From: Negaprion brevirostris
Taxonomy: Eukaryota
DNA length: 64,000 nucleotides
NCBI GenBank assembly: GCA_030324005.1
Contig: JARDVH010000128.1
Span: forward strand, 18,346,545-18,410,544
Direction: 5' to 3'
The translations under genes and the position numbers were made by a program. Shown in pieces: positions 38,322 to 51,082 of the stretch; the first letter of the stretch is position 1; every line of letters starts with the position of its first letter. The notes under the pieces are model-generated. The model did no database searches, was not told the DNA's origin, and saw only the letters and a program-made list of their open reading frames with translations.

Positions 38322-38760
38322 TTAGCTTCCATGGCTCAACTGGCAGCATTCTCATCCAAGTCACAGGACTGTGGGTTCAAGTGCAACTCCAAAGAGCAGA
38401 AAATTTAGTCTAATATCCCCTATGCATCATTGAGGGAATGCTGTATTGCCAAAAGCAGTGGATGGAATTCTCCAGCCATTCATGCCCTACCGCCACTGCC
38501 AGCAAGAACAGAGAATTTAGCACTCAACCAAATCGCCATTCACTGCAGCACGATAGGAATGAGTGAAGTTGGAGAATCCCACTGTGTGGGATTTTTCTCC
38601 TCCCTCATGGTGTGTTTTGTGGCAGTAGGAAGCGGTGGTGTGGCTCGCTGGCAGCGGAATCTTATGGTTCCCCCCCCTTGTCAACAGGGTGAGATGTTAA
38701 ACCAAGGCTTGTTTGCTCTCTCAGGTGGATATAAAAGATTCCACTGCATATCTTGAAGAA
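38322..38760 (+). mobile_element. Deu-domain SINE interrupted by MITE-like segments (about 38459-38690)
   Basis: tRNA-like head (tggctca..gggttcaag), tgagggaatgctg, then gagatgttaaaccaaggc..ctctcaggtggatataaaagat..gaagaag. Confidence 0.7.
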
Positions 38761-38764
38761 GTCA

Positions 38765-39026
38765 TGATGTGGAGATGCTGGCGTTGGACTGGGGTAAACA
38801 CAGAAAGAAGTCTCACAACACCAGGTTAAAGTCCAACAGGTTTATTTGGTAGTAAATGCCACTAGCTTTCAGGGTTTGCCCCTTCGTCAGGTGAGTGGGA
38901 GTTCTGATCTGTTTGTGATCAGAACTCCAGCTCACCTGACGAAGAGAGAAACCCTGAAAGCTAGTAGCATTTACTACCAAATAAACCTGTTGGACTTTAA
39001 CCTGATGCTGTGAGGTTCTTACTGTG
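38765..39026. mobile_element. Palindromic non-autonomous Penelope-type element with hammerhead-like motifs
   Basis: About 110-bp inverted arms (38801-38909 / 38917-39026) around a short loop; same family as 53364-53700. Confidence 0.8.
38860..38893 (-). ncRNA. Minimal type-I hammerhead ribozyme-like motif
   Basis: CAC-CUGACGA-AGGG(GCAAA)CCCU-GAAA-GC-UA-GUG: intact core, 4-bp stem II, 3-bp stem I, palindromic AGCU in place of stem III. Confidence 0.6.
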
Positions 39027-39309
39027 GAGGGTTGGTTACCAGAGGAAACAGATTTTAGGTAAGTGAAAAAAATATTGGTATAGAATGAGGAAACATAGTG
39101 GGCAGGATTTTCCAGTTCACCCACCTGAGACCAGAAATTCCTGTCCAGGATCAACAGACCCTTAAATGGTCCATCAAATTTTCTGGTTCCTTCATTTACA
39201 ATTCCCACGGTAGGGGGGACTAGACTATTCACTCCATTGTCTCTGCTGCAAGGGTGATGACTTGGAATGTGCTACCTGAAAGGGTAATGGAAGTAAATAC
39301 AGGTAGTAT

Positions 39310-40165
39310 TGAGGAAACGGGGGGGTTGCAGAGGACCTGGACAGGTTAGGCGAGTGGGCAAAAAAGTGGCAGATGGAATACAATGTGGAAAAGGTTTTGC
39401 ACTTTGGAAGGAGGAATGGAGGCATGGACTATTTTCTAAATGGGAAAATGCTTAGGAAATCAGAAGCACTAAAGGACTTGGGAGTCGTTCAAAATTCTGT
39501 TAAAGTTAACGGTGCAGGTTCAGTCGGCAGTTAGGAAGGCAAATGCATTGTTAGCGTTCATGTCAAGAGGGCTAGAATACAAGAGCAGCTCTATGCTTCT
39601 GAGGCTGTATAAGACTCTGGTCAGACCCCATTTGGAGTATTGTGAGACCCATATCTAAGGAAGGATGTGCTGGCCTTGGAAAGAGTCCAGAGGAAGGTCA
39701 CAAGAATGATCCCTGGAATGAAGAGCTTGTCATATGATGAACAGTTGAGGACTCTAGGTCTGTACTCATTGGAGTTTAGAAGGATGAGAAGGGATCTTAT
39801 TGAAACTTACAGGATACTGCGAGGCCTGGATAGAGTGGACGTGGAGAGATGTTTCCACTTGTAGGAGAAACTAGAACCAGAGAGCGCAACCTCAGGTTAA
39901 AGGGATGATCCTTTAAAACAAAATGAGGAGGAATTTCCTCGGCCAGAGAGTGGTGAATCTGTGGAGCTCTTTGCCACAGAAGCTGAGGAGGTCAGGTCAT
40001 TGAGTGTCTTTAAGACAAAGATAAATAGGTTCATGATTAATAAGGGGATCAGGAGTAATGGGAAAAAGGCAGGAGAATATCATATCTGAGAAAAATATCA
40101 GCTATGATTGAATGGAGAAGCAGACTTGATACGCCGAGAGGCCTTTTTCTGTTCATATGTCTTAT
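39310..40165 (+). mobile_element. CR1-like LINE 3' half
   Basis: LYKTLVRPHLEYC, LERVQRKVTRMIPG and LGLYSLEFRRMRRDLIETY; 3' UTR tail. Confidence 0.9.
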
Positions 40166-40194
40166 GGTGTAAATTCAACACTAATTTTCAAACC

Positions 40195-40445
40195 CAAAGT
40201 ATTGTAAATCTGTGAAATCCCCTGCGCAGTGAAGCAGTTGAGGCTANNNNNNNNNNNNNNNNNNNNNCATTGAATGGTTTTAAGGCAAGGATAGATAAAT
40301 TTTTGAATAGTAAAGGAATTAAGGGTTATGGTGAGCAAGCGGGTAAGTGGAGCCAAGTCCATGAAAAGATCAAACATGATCATATTGAATGGCGGAGTCA
40401 GTTCAAGGGGCCAAATGGCCCACTCCTGTTCCAAGCTCTTATGTT
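40195..40445 (+). mobile_element. CR1-like LINE 3' end fragment
   Basis: FKARIDKFL motif and 3' UTR. Confidence 0.75.
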
Positions 40446-41235
40446 TTTATTTAGCCCATTGAGCCTGCACTGACAATAATCCCACCCAGATCTTTTNNNN
40501 NNNNNNNNNNNNNNNNNNNNNNNNNNNNNNNNNNNNNNNNNNNNNNNNNNNNNNNNNNNNNNNNNNNNNNNNNNNNNNNNNNNNNNNNNNNNNNNNGTTT
40601 ATGGACGAAAAGGGATTGGTTTAGATTAGTGGGTCAGTGTTTTTTTTTTAAAAAAACTGGTCGGCGCAACATCATGGGCCGAAGGGCCTGTTCTGCGCTG
40701 TAGTGTTCTATGTTCTATGTTCATTCCCCCAAACCCTAAGCAATGTCATGATATGAATCACTGCTGGTATTCAAAAGTGAAAAGTAGCTATGATGACCAC
40801 ACTGGGGGTGTGGAGGTTCCTGGAGGTTGAGGGATAAGGCTGGGCATTAGGTGGGAAAGAATGCCCCTGATACTTCTGTGGCATGATGATGGTTGGGATG
40901 GGGGCAGGCATTGGAAAAACTTATTTTAAGTGCAAATCGGAATGCCCTATATTGATGGCACCCCATCAGACCCTGCCCCACCTAAATGACAGCATAAATC
41001 ATTTCCCCAGACTTTCTGTGCAGAAAATCTGGCCTGGAAACATGGCTGTGTCCTGGAGAGAAACACACCAATTTTGAGTCATTGCCCGACACTCGACAAA
41101 TTTAGAGAAAAATTCCATCCAATCTCTGACAAAATATTAACAAACTTGAAGTATTCAGTTTAATCTTCAAACTGGCTAGATAGCTGGTCTCTGCTGAGCC
41201 CCTTTAGAGGTGTAGAGGTGTAATAACTGGACAAC

Positions 41236-41522
41236 GGTACAGTGGCATAGTAGTTGGCACTGTTGCCTCTCGGCGCTGAGGACCCAGGTTGGTTCCTGGC
41301 TTGGGTCACTATCTGTGTAGAGTTTGCACATTCTCCCCACACCTGCGTGGGTTTCCTCCCACAGTCCAAAGACATGCAGGTTAGGTGCACTGGCCATGCT
41401 AAGTTGCCCCTTAGTGTCAGAGGGACTAAGTAGAGCAAATGCATGGAGTTATGGGGATAGGGCTTGCTGCGATTATGTTGTGCAGACTCAATGGACCCAA
41501 TGACCTCCTTTTGCACTGTATC
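41236..41522 (+). mobile_element. HE1-like SINE
   Basis: Head, V-core and tail as in the other copies. Confidence 0.82.
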
Positions 41523-42008
41523 ATTGTAATATCCCTGTGTTGGAGAAAAGAAATCAAACCAGGATTGTGACGCTTATCAAATCAGTTTCTTGGATAAAGA
41601 TAAATCAATGTAGTCTTTTCAGGACAATACATTACTTCCAAAGATCATCTACAACACACTGAGCAATAAAAATAGTTTAAAAAGATATTCGCAACACTTT
41701 ACATGGCAGTTAGTAATAAATACAGACGTCCTTGAATTTGTACAGCCTAATCTTATCCGCAGAAATTTGACCAACACGCCAACCACCCATCGCCTTGGAA
41801 AGGCTACGTTAAAAAAAAATGCAGTCAGATGATAATCCAAATAAGGAGTCACCAATCCTGACATCATCAGCTGACAAGTAACTCCACAGCAATTCTTTAT
41901 TTTTGACAACTGTGATCACAGTAATGATTTATTTATCAGGATTTTGAGCAGAAATCAGGGAATTCTGGTTAATCCTATTGAAAGTGAGATAATCAATAGC
42001 TTCCTTAC

Positions 42009-42132
42009 CTAGCCCAGCAAGCTGTGAGGACAGAGTGGGAGCAGTCATATTTCCAACCATCGGGCTCACTACTGCAGGGGAACCTGGGCCCAAGTCTATT
42101 AGATTATCTGTGTCTGTAACTTCATTCAATAC
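42009..42132 (-). CDS. TOM1L2: TOM1L2 exon 10, 124 nt: [41 protein letters not shown](D)
   Basis: cattag acceptor, gtaag donor; clathrin-box-like LIDL. Confidence 0.97.
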
Positions 42133-42512
42133 CTAATGAATGAGAGAGAAGTGAACAGAGTGTGTGATGTTTCAAAAACTTCCGTTCGTCAAAATCTGTA
42201 GATTTTTCAGATTAAAATGGGCATTTCTCATTAAGGTCACCCTTTTCACATTTTGGTAAAAAGAGCTCCAAAACCTTTTAACCTAATAGCCTCAGAAATT
42301 TACACAGGCATTAAATTTCTTGATAGTGGCAAGTGGGTAGAGCAACAGGGTGAAATTGAAGACATCTAACAAAGGGAATAAATATGTCTTAAAATTAATT
42401 CCCTGTGGTTGCTGAAACACAAACATATTTAGAAGAAATATGATGTTTACATAACCATGATTCACTCGATGACTTTGTCAGATTTTTAACAAAACGCATA
42501 GTCATTACTTAC

Positions 42513-42561
42513 ACCATCCTCTGCTTCCTGACTTCCACGCCCTGATCTATATCGTTCAAAT
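42513..42561 (-). CDS. TOM1L2: TOM1L2 exon 9, 49 nt: (R)FERYRSGRGSQEAEDG
   Basis: gtgcag acceptor, gtaagt donor, phase 2 to 0. Confidence 0.95.
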
Positions 42562-42884
42562 CTGCACAGAAGAAATGACAAATCAGGAAAAGCCATATGG
42601 TTATACATTAGCTGTCAACTTTAATGGCTCCAGCACGTCCCGATGTGGTGCGGAGGTGTGACCAAAACAAAAAATCCAAATTCTTCTGCTTGGTTAGTTA
42701 CTGTTGGAGTTTTCAGTTTGCAGTGGCATTTCTTACATTCTTGCCTTACAAAACATCAAACCAAGTACAGGAACAGAGCCACTTAGGCTACAAAACAAAT
42801 GTTACATTTTTTTCCCCAACATATTACTCTACTCTGCCGCTCTCAATTTGGTTATGTTCCCAAGTACCCTCTTTGAATAGGTGA

Positions 42885-43752
42885 GATTTTGAACCCCTGG
42901 CTTTCCAGAGTTGCATCAAATTACCGAGGGAGAGTTGAAAAGTGTGATTCATGCCAGCTTAATCAAGTGGTGTAATATTTTTTCAGAGCCCTTCACTGGC
43001 GGAGTCATCCAGATCACACCCAGGAAAATTGAGGAGCTGATTTTAACATATTTGCATCTAATTATCAGGCACTCATGGGATTTTCACAGCTCGTGGAACA
43101 AGGCACAGAGTAACTTCACTCTGGTGTCATTTACAACAGCTCTAAGTGTGAACCAGCACACTGGAGGATTTTGGAGGTGAGTGCTCAAGAGGACATCACC
43201 CTACATGGTGCTCAAGGCTTTGGGAGCACCAGAGGAGACATGAGGCGTGCAGATAAATATTACTTGGGACTGAGGTGGGGTAAGTTTAGGTATACAATCT
43301 TGGGAGGGGAGGGGCAGGTCTCTTGCAACCTTCTACTCATCTTGGAGTGTCTCCTGCCTCAAAGGGGTCCTGTAGCTGTCATGCAGACAATGTTTAGGGA
43401 GCAAGAGTAGGACAATTCCACTTCTGCTCCACATGCATTCAGCAGTCTTGTGCACGGTGCCTCAGGAAATTATGGTACTGGCTTTCTGGCAGCCATCACT
43501 TCTCATGGCTCTGCAACAAACGCTGGGGCAGTGTCTAAATGGAATTCCCCACTAATCGTACAGTTGATGTTCCTCTTGGGCAAGCGAATCAATGGGAGGG
43601 TGCTATTAGTACATTGTGAAACCTGTTCTGAACAAAACAGTCAATTTAAATGGAAGATTCCATGTCAAAACCTGAGTCAGCAGGATCTGCATCATTTTTC
43701 AGTCCAAAACTGGCACTTTGACAAACTCCAGGAAGATTCTGCCAATGTTCCC
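42885..43752. mobile_element. Decayed MITE-like DNA element (Harbinger-type ends)
   Basis: GC-richer block with atttgcat motif, ending in gaagattctgcc; similar blocks at 24500-25090, 25670-26240, 57020-57510 and 61360-61910. Confidence 0.4.
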
Positions 43753-43914
43753 TAAAAGAAATGTAACCTGAAATCCTCTTGCAGGCTTTTGGCTGATTTG
43801 AATTATTTATAGACTCAAACTGAGTAATTAACTTACCAGTGCATGGCGTTTTTTGGAGAAGGTAATAGGGGATTAAGGGAAGGCATTTGATACAGTACCA
43901 CACAACTTACCTGA

Positions 43915-45062
43915 GAGAAAAGTTATAACCCATAGAATAAAAGAGACAATAGCAACATGGATACAGAATTGGTTGATTAACAGTAAACAGCAAGTTATGA
44001 TTAATGGATATTCTTCCTGCTGGAGTAAGATTCGTAGTGGAGATTCCTAGGGGTCAGTATTAGGACACTTACTTTATTCATAATCTAGATCATGGTATAT
44101 GGGAGACAATTTCATGTTTATAGATGATGTAAGATTTGGAAGCATAGTAAACTATGAGGACAGCATAAAACTTCTAAAAGGATACAGGCAAGTTGGATGA
44201 GTAGGCATATGGATGGCAGAAGATTTTCAATGCAAAAAAGGAGGCGATTAATTTTGGTGGGAAGAACATTGAGATGGTATAATATAAAGAGTACAACTAC
44301 ATGTGCATAAGTCATTGAAGGGGGCACAACTGGTGGAGAGTGCAGTTAACAAAGAGTACAATAGGCTAGACTTTATTAAGAGGGGCACAGAGTAAAAGAG
44401 CAAGGAGATTATGCAGAACACTACAGCACAAACAGGCCCTGCGGCCCACAAGTTGCGTTGATCACATCTATACCTACTAAGCCATACACCTATCTATAAC
44501 CCCCAATCCCATTAGATCCCATATACTCATCCAGAAGTCTTTTAAAAGACCCCAGCAAGTTTGCNNNNNNNNNNNNNNNNNNNNNNNNNNNNNNNNNNNN
44601 NNNNNNNNNNNNNNNNNNNNNNNNNNNNNNNNNNNNNNNNNNNNNNNNNNNNNNNNNNNNNNNNCCCCTCAGTCTGGACATTTCTCTTCTCCACCACCCG
44701 TCTAACCTCCCTCTCATACTGTCTACAGTCCTTCCCTACCCAGGAGCTAACCTCCTCGGTCTCAGTCTCCTCATCTCTGTTTCCTCCCCCCAACCTTTCT
44801 AGTTTAACTTGTATAATACACCAGATAGAACTCAGCTAGAGTATTGGTGCCATACTATAGGGAGGATGTGAACACACCGGAGGGAGAGCCAAAAAAGTTT
44901 ACTAAAAAAATGGTTCTTAGGATGAGAAACGTCAGTTATGAAGATAGATTGGAGAAGTTGGACGGTTCTCGGAGAGCAGAAAGCAAAGAGGAGATTTGAT
45001 AGAGGTGTGCAAAATCATGAGAGGACTAGACTGAGTAAAAAGGGAGAAACTGTTCCCACTGA
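43915..45062 (+). mobile_element. Old CR1-like RT remnant with an inserted inverted fragment and an N-gap
   Basis: WIQNWL..KQQV, SGDS*GSVLG and FIDDV remnants. Confidence 0.7.
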
Positions 45063-45611
45063 AAGATTTTTGCAGTTATTTGTTCAGAAAGTTAGGCACA
45101 GTGCAAAATCCTACAACAAAACTTGTGAATATTTGCATTTAGTGCATATAGCATGAATTATTGTCCAACCACCATACATTGCATTTAAAATATGAAGCCA
45201 GGAAAATACAGATTTCCAAACAGACTGAAGCAACAAACCACTGGCCCTGGTGATAACTAATATGGCTTTTGAAGTTCTGATGAAAAGTCATTAACATGTT
45301 AACTGTTCCTTTCTCCAGGGATGTTGTCAGACCTGCTGAATATTTCCATTTTCCATTTTTATTTCTACATCCAAACTTTTTACACAGGAACAGAGTTCTC
45401 AACATCAAATCAAACGGAGAATGATTTGGAACCACAATTCTAACACAACTGAAGGGCATTTAGTCCAATCTTTGTTGGAGCAATCAAAAATTAATCCTAA
45501 CGCTCTGCTATTTCCCCACAGGCTTGTAATGTCCTTCATTCAAATATTTATCCACCGTCTCTTAAAGGATGCAATAGTCTCTGCCTGAACAATATCCTAT
45601 CACAGTGCATC

Positions 45612-45977
45612 AGGGAGGCAGCGGCGGCATAGTGGTGTTATCATTAGACTAATAATCCAGAGACCCAGGGTAATGTTCTGGAGACCTGGGTTCAAATCCC
45701 ACCATGGCAGATGGTAAAATTTGAATTCAATTTTAAAAAAATCTGGAATTAGAAGTCTAATGATGATCTGAAATCATTGCTGATTGTCATAAAAACCCAT
45801 TTGGTTCACTAATGTCTTTTAGGGAAGCAAATCTGTTACCCTCACCTGGTCAGGCATACATGTGATGCCAGATCCACACCAAAACAGTTGCTCTTAACTG
45901 CCCTCTAAAATGGGCAGTTTAGGGATGGGCAATAAATGATGGTCCAGACAGTGATGCCCACATCCCGTGAACAAAAA
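45612..45977 (+). mobile_element. Second tRNA-SINE family, most complete copy
   Basis: A box ggcatagtgg, B box ggttcaaatcc, shared core and tail. Confidence 0.8.
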
Positions 45978-46339
45978 CACACCATTTCTACTAAACTCTC
46001 ATTTTCTTAGTGAGTATAGCCCTTTATCAGTAACTCTTCAACCAGAAGAAATAATATTTTCTTATTCACTATACAGAAATCCTTCAATCATTTAAGAAGC
46101 TCCTGAATCCTCTTTTGTTCTTCTCTACTCATTGAATTAGAAGAGAAACTGTAACTGGCTTAAAACAATAAAATTTGACAGCTCTGGCTACAAACCATTA
46201 TCCTCTTTGCATGGCAGAACTAGCCAAAGACACTTAGAAACTATGATTGTCAAACACAACATACATTTTACTTTAATGCTAAACCTGTCACAGGTGAGGA
46301 AAATCATTTCCACAAAGCAGTAACAAGCTAATCACTCAC

Positions 46340-46473
46340 CTCTCATACCGAAGAAAGACATTATTAAGATCATCATTTACATGTAGAAGTTCCTCTGTGA
46401 TCTCTTCATTGGTTACATTGGAGAGAAGTTCTACAACTCGTTGCTGCATTGCTCGGCATGTACGGTTTAATTC
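46340..46473 (-). CDS. TOM1L2: TOM1L2 exon 8 (GAT), 134 nt: [44 protein letters not shown](R)
   Basis: AAG-type acceptor (aaacaag), gtgag donor, phase 0 to 2. Confidence 0.97.
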
Positions 46474-47329
46474 CTTGTTTAAAGAGCACAGGACATATTA
46501 ACCAGTGCTACAGCACTAAAAGCACAATTAAACAGAATTATCTAGAAAGATTTTTGGTGAATGAAGAGCAATAACAGATTTGAAAATAGCGTTTCTTTTT
46601 GTTCTGTCAGTATATCACACTGTCCCAGGTTGGATAATGCACAGGCCAAACACCTAAAATACTTAGCTTCAGGCCAAATGTGTATTTCATGTATTTCTCA
46701 CATCAGTCACATATGCTTCCAAGCTAGCCTGTCAATTTAGTGACATAATGCTCAGAGGTCAAAACTACCTCAGACTCCATTTTTGTGGGTTCCCAACACC
46801 TGGCAGTGCAGACAAAATTCACCCTAACCAGATAAACATTTGAAAAAGATGAATGGAAGTAATATTGGCAAAAGGTTAGGCAATAGAATTAGAATAGATA
46901 GTTCTGGTTTACAAATGAGCATCAGTATAAGTGATAGACCCAATAGTTTCCTTCTGTGTTTTACTTTCTATGACTTTCAGTGGGATCTTGCTTCAGATCT
47001 CAAAGAAAGAATGGTTCACAAATGTATTCAAAACATCCACCCTTCAAAAAAACAATAACCTCATGTCATTTATTCCAATGGTATGTTTCCAAACTATCTG
47101 AAAAATGTGACAAACTCCTGAATGAGCCACAAAGTTGCCTATAGATTGTACAACAAAGTTGTCTTACTGGAGAACTTATAAATATTGCTAACTTTTGAAA
47201 TTTTTGCCATCTAAAATTTAGAAATTTTACTTTCAAGATTAACATGACATGGGTCCCTGTTTTACTGAGGCGTGGTACCACATGGTGTGTTACTAAGGTT
47301 AAAACGCAACTTAAGTTCAGTATTCTCAC

Positions 47330-47446
47330 CTGCAGCAACTCAAAGTCGGATTGATTTTCCTGCCCGGGGATCGTTTCAGTCAACATCTCTGACATCACTT
47401 TTGCATTTCCACGGACAACGTCCAGCTCACTGCGCAACCTGGCAAG
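47330..47446 (-). CDS. TOM1L2: TOM1L2 exon 7 (GAT), 117 nt: [39 protein letters not shown]
   Basis: ggcag acceptor, gtgag donor; GAT domain start. Confidence 0.97.
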
Positions 47447-47985
47447 CTGCCATACAAAAGGCTCAACTTAAAATAAAGGGTAAACCCTTAGATTAGCCAA
47501 CATAGAATATTGCAAGCACAGAAAAAGACTCAATCTCATACTGAAAAACCAGAAGATGGTTGTCTCATCTACTGTACCATCTCAGTCATAATCCATTTAT
47601 CGGATACTGCATAGTCACAAACATAATTGGTCCAGCGTCATATCTATGTCTGCTACAAATGTGAGCAGGAAAACATGATTTGAAGTGTGCGACCAAAACA
47701 AATTCCTCTACTGCCATCCCATGAGGGGTTAAAATAATCATAAGTATGTGCTGCCTACTGGTGCTCAAGGCAAAATGTGCGATAAATTAACTGGCAAAAT
47801 AGTATCTTCTTTGCACCAAATTTGAAATAGTAAATACTCTGCCATTCTTATTTTCTGTGGTTGGGGAGCTTGGAGTCCTACAAACGTTTGGCAATGATTC
47901 AAATTTACAATTCTCATCCTAATTTGCAAATCCTTCCATGACCTTGTACCTTCACTGTATTATCTCCTCCAACCCATTCAACCTT

Positions 47986-48211
47986 CATAGAATCCCTACA
48001 ATGCAGAAGAAAGCCATTCGGCCTATTGAGTCTGCACCAACCACAATCCCACCCAGGCCCTATCCTCATAACCCCATGCATTTGGAGCACCCGGAGGAAA
48101 TCCATGCAGACACAGGGAGAATGTGCAGAGTCTGCACAGACAGTGACCAAAGCCGGAATCAAACCCAAATCCCTGGCGCTGTGAGGCAGCAGTGCTAACC
48201 ACTGTGCCGCC
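47986..48211 (-). mobile_element. HE1-like SINE, internally deleted
   Basis: Head and tail present, central segment missing. Confidence 0.8.
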
Positions 48212-48469
48212 TCTTCTTGAAATATGTGCATTCCTAATTCTAGCCTCTTGAACAACTGCTCCACCACTAGTGCTTTCAGCTGCCCAGGCTGCAAGAGTGA
48301 TATTCCCTCTGTAATTTATCTGCCTCTCTTTTCCCCATTAAACAGTCCTAAAAACCCATATCTTTGAAAAAGCTTTCAGCCATCTGCTCCAATATTGCCT
48401 TATTTAGCAGTGCATCAAATTTTGATTTATAATGCTGCGAAGCACCATGAGACATTTTATATATTATAT

Positions 48470-49655
48470 TAACTTGGACAGTGGATTGATTAATGGTCAG
48501 GAATTACACAGAAGGGATCAATGGGGTATGTGCAAGTTGGCAGGCTTTGAATGGGGGAGCTCCACAACAATCAGGTGTTGGGTCCTCAGCAATTTACAAT
48601 TCTTTATGAAGAAACCAAAAATAGTGTATCCATGTTTACTGACAACACAAAGCTAGGTGGGAATATGAGCTGCAAGGAGGATGCAAAGTTGTAGATAGCT
48701 TAAGTGAATGGGCAACAAGAAAGCAGATAGAATAGCAAAGCAGAATTCTTTCAAAAAGGCATGAAACATGTAGCTATTCATATTCAAAGATATTTGTACA
48801 AGAAACACAAAAGATTAGCATTAAGGTACAGCAAGTCTTTATGCCTTGTAAGGGGACTAGAGTGCATCAACAAGAAAGTCTTGCTGTGTCGTAAAGGGTT
48901 TTGGTGAAATCATAGCTGGCACAGTGTGCAGTTTTGGTCACCGTATCTAAAAGGAGGTTATACTTATCTTGGAGGCAGTGCACTGGAGGTTCACTGAATT
49001 TGTTCTTGGGAGGGTTGTTTAATGATGGGAGGCTGAGTAAATTAGATACATGGGAACATCACTAGCTGGAAGTTCCCCTCCAAGGCACTCACCATCCTGA
49101 CTTAGATCTATATTGCTATTCCTTCATTGTTGCTGGGTCAAAATCCTGGGAATCCCTCCCCAACAGTACTGAGAGTGCACCAATAGCACATGACTGCAGC
49201 GGTTCAATTTGGGATGAGCCAGCAAAGCCCACATCCCTGAATGAATCAAAAAACAAAATTGATCTATGCTTTCTGGAGTTTAGAAGGATGACAGGTGAAT
49301 TCATGGAAACAAAATGATTCTGAAGGGGCTTGACAGGGTGGACATTGGGTGATTTCCCCTGGCTGGGGAACCCAGAATATGAGGGCATAGTCTCAAGACA
49401 AGAAGGCAATCATTCAGGATGGAGATGGAGATGGTTGTGAAGCTTTGGAATTCTCAACGCAGAGAATTGCAGAACTCTATCATTAATGGTATTCAAAGCC
49501 AAGACAGATTTTTGACCTCTCAGGGCATCCAGGGATATGGGGGGTGGGTGAGAAAGTGCAAGTGCAGTAGATCAGCCATGATTATAGTGAATGGTGGATA
49601 GGCTCAAGGTTTAACCATATGTTCTACTCAGGATCTTATTTCATATGTTCTTAAA
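48470..49655 (+). mobile_element. Old CR1-like LINE 3' half, with another LINE 3' fragment inserted at about 49045-49255
   Basis: FTDNTKLGG and CVQFWSP-like remnants; the CR1 reading resumes at about 49260. Confidence 0.7.
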
Positions 49656-49687
49656 AGGTGTTATATAAATACAAGTTGCTTTTTCAC

Positions 49688-49840
49688 CTGTTCAACATTT
49701 GCAGTGATTGGACCAGTTGGAAGGCCTTGAGGAACTGAATAGGCAGTTAGTGTGGACGGTGCAGATGGAAAGCTGTTTGCGTTTTTCTGCAGGGATGGAG
49801 GCATTGACTTGTTCATTGCAGGATCCACCTCAGGAATACA
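49688..49840 (-). CDS. TOM1L2: TOM1L2 exon 6 (linker), 153 nt: CIPEVDPAMNKSMPPSLQKNANSFPSAPSTLTAYSVPQGLPTGPITANVEQ
   Basis: ttgcag acceptor, gtgaa donor; PEVDPA and GPITAN-EQ ends match the family. Confidence 0.94.
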
Positions 49841-50947
49841 CTGCAATCGAAAATAATTTATAACCACATATATTCTGTGAAAAATGGAAACAATGTTGAA
49901 ATTCCAATAGTCTTTATTTTCAGAGGGGTTCAAAATGAATGCTAATAAACACTTACCAACCTCTGACAAAGCAATGATTCACTGACTCATCCAGCTTTAT
50001 CACAGTATGATCGGTGTAGGCTTGGAGGGCCTTTTCCTTTTAATTTAATTTAAATTTAATTTAATTTCCTGTGCTGTAATTTTCTGTGTTCTTTAGTACA
50101 TTTTCAAAATGAGTGTTTTTTAAAATTGTTTCAAAGACAAACTTTAAAAATGTAGTATCAAATCTACAAAAAGATTCTAAACAAGCACAAAATAGAGCAG
50201 TTACAGCAATGTTGACATAAATTGAAAAGAGAGGAGTCCCTGGGCAAATGTGGAGGTGCACAGAAACTCCCTTAAACAGAGATAAAATGAGATTCTACCG
50301 CTACATCCAGAGTGCACATAAATAACATCAGTTATGGTATTCAGAGATGTCAAACACCCAAGACTTTTCCCCACTTGAAGTGGAGTGCAACAATTGCAAT
50401 GCAACAGTATTTCTTTTTTTAAGAGCACAACTTGAAATTTAGTAACCAATCTAGGAGCAGACCCTCTTCACTCTAAAAGATAATCATTGACTCGAACTTT
50501 TTCCACACAAACCAAAATTGTAGTTCTATGGAGTAATTCTACACGCAGATTTTGAAAGTATCAATGTGGAGATAACTGGGGAACAGTTAGATCCATGAAA
50601 TAAAACATTGAATTTTCTTAAATAAATATTTAAATCAGCACCATACAAGGCAGTCATTACAATATTGACATGCATATAGGCTGCAAAGGAGTTAAATCCC
50701 TCTCCCATAAAAAAGGCAGCTTGTGCAATTTCAATGACCAATGCTCCCATTAAGACAGTGGAAAGGAGTTGATAGAAAATATGTTTATTTCAATGTTTTG
50801 TGTAATTTGCAAGCCATAATTAACCTATAAATTAACCCAAAAGCTGCATGCTCAACTTCCAACAACTGATTTTATTTGTGTTTAACAAAATGCAGTCTAT
50901 GTGCAAGTTAATACTGCATATACACATTGGCATATGTTAACGCTTAC

Positions 50948-51082
50948 TCTCCCTGGTGTGTGTATTGGAGACAGTGCATCCAGATCTGCCATTGGGAACT
51001 CCATCCCTTTTCGCTTCAATTCTTCATAAATATGAACTACTCCAGTCAGATCTGGACTACTCCTGAAAGCATCAGCCCAAGC
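50948..51082 (-). CDS. TOM1L2: TOM1L2 exon 5, 135 nt: [45 protein letters not shown]
   Basis: cctag acceptor, gtaag donor; read by hand, not in the ORF track. Confidence 0.97.
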
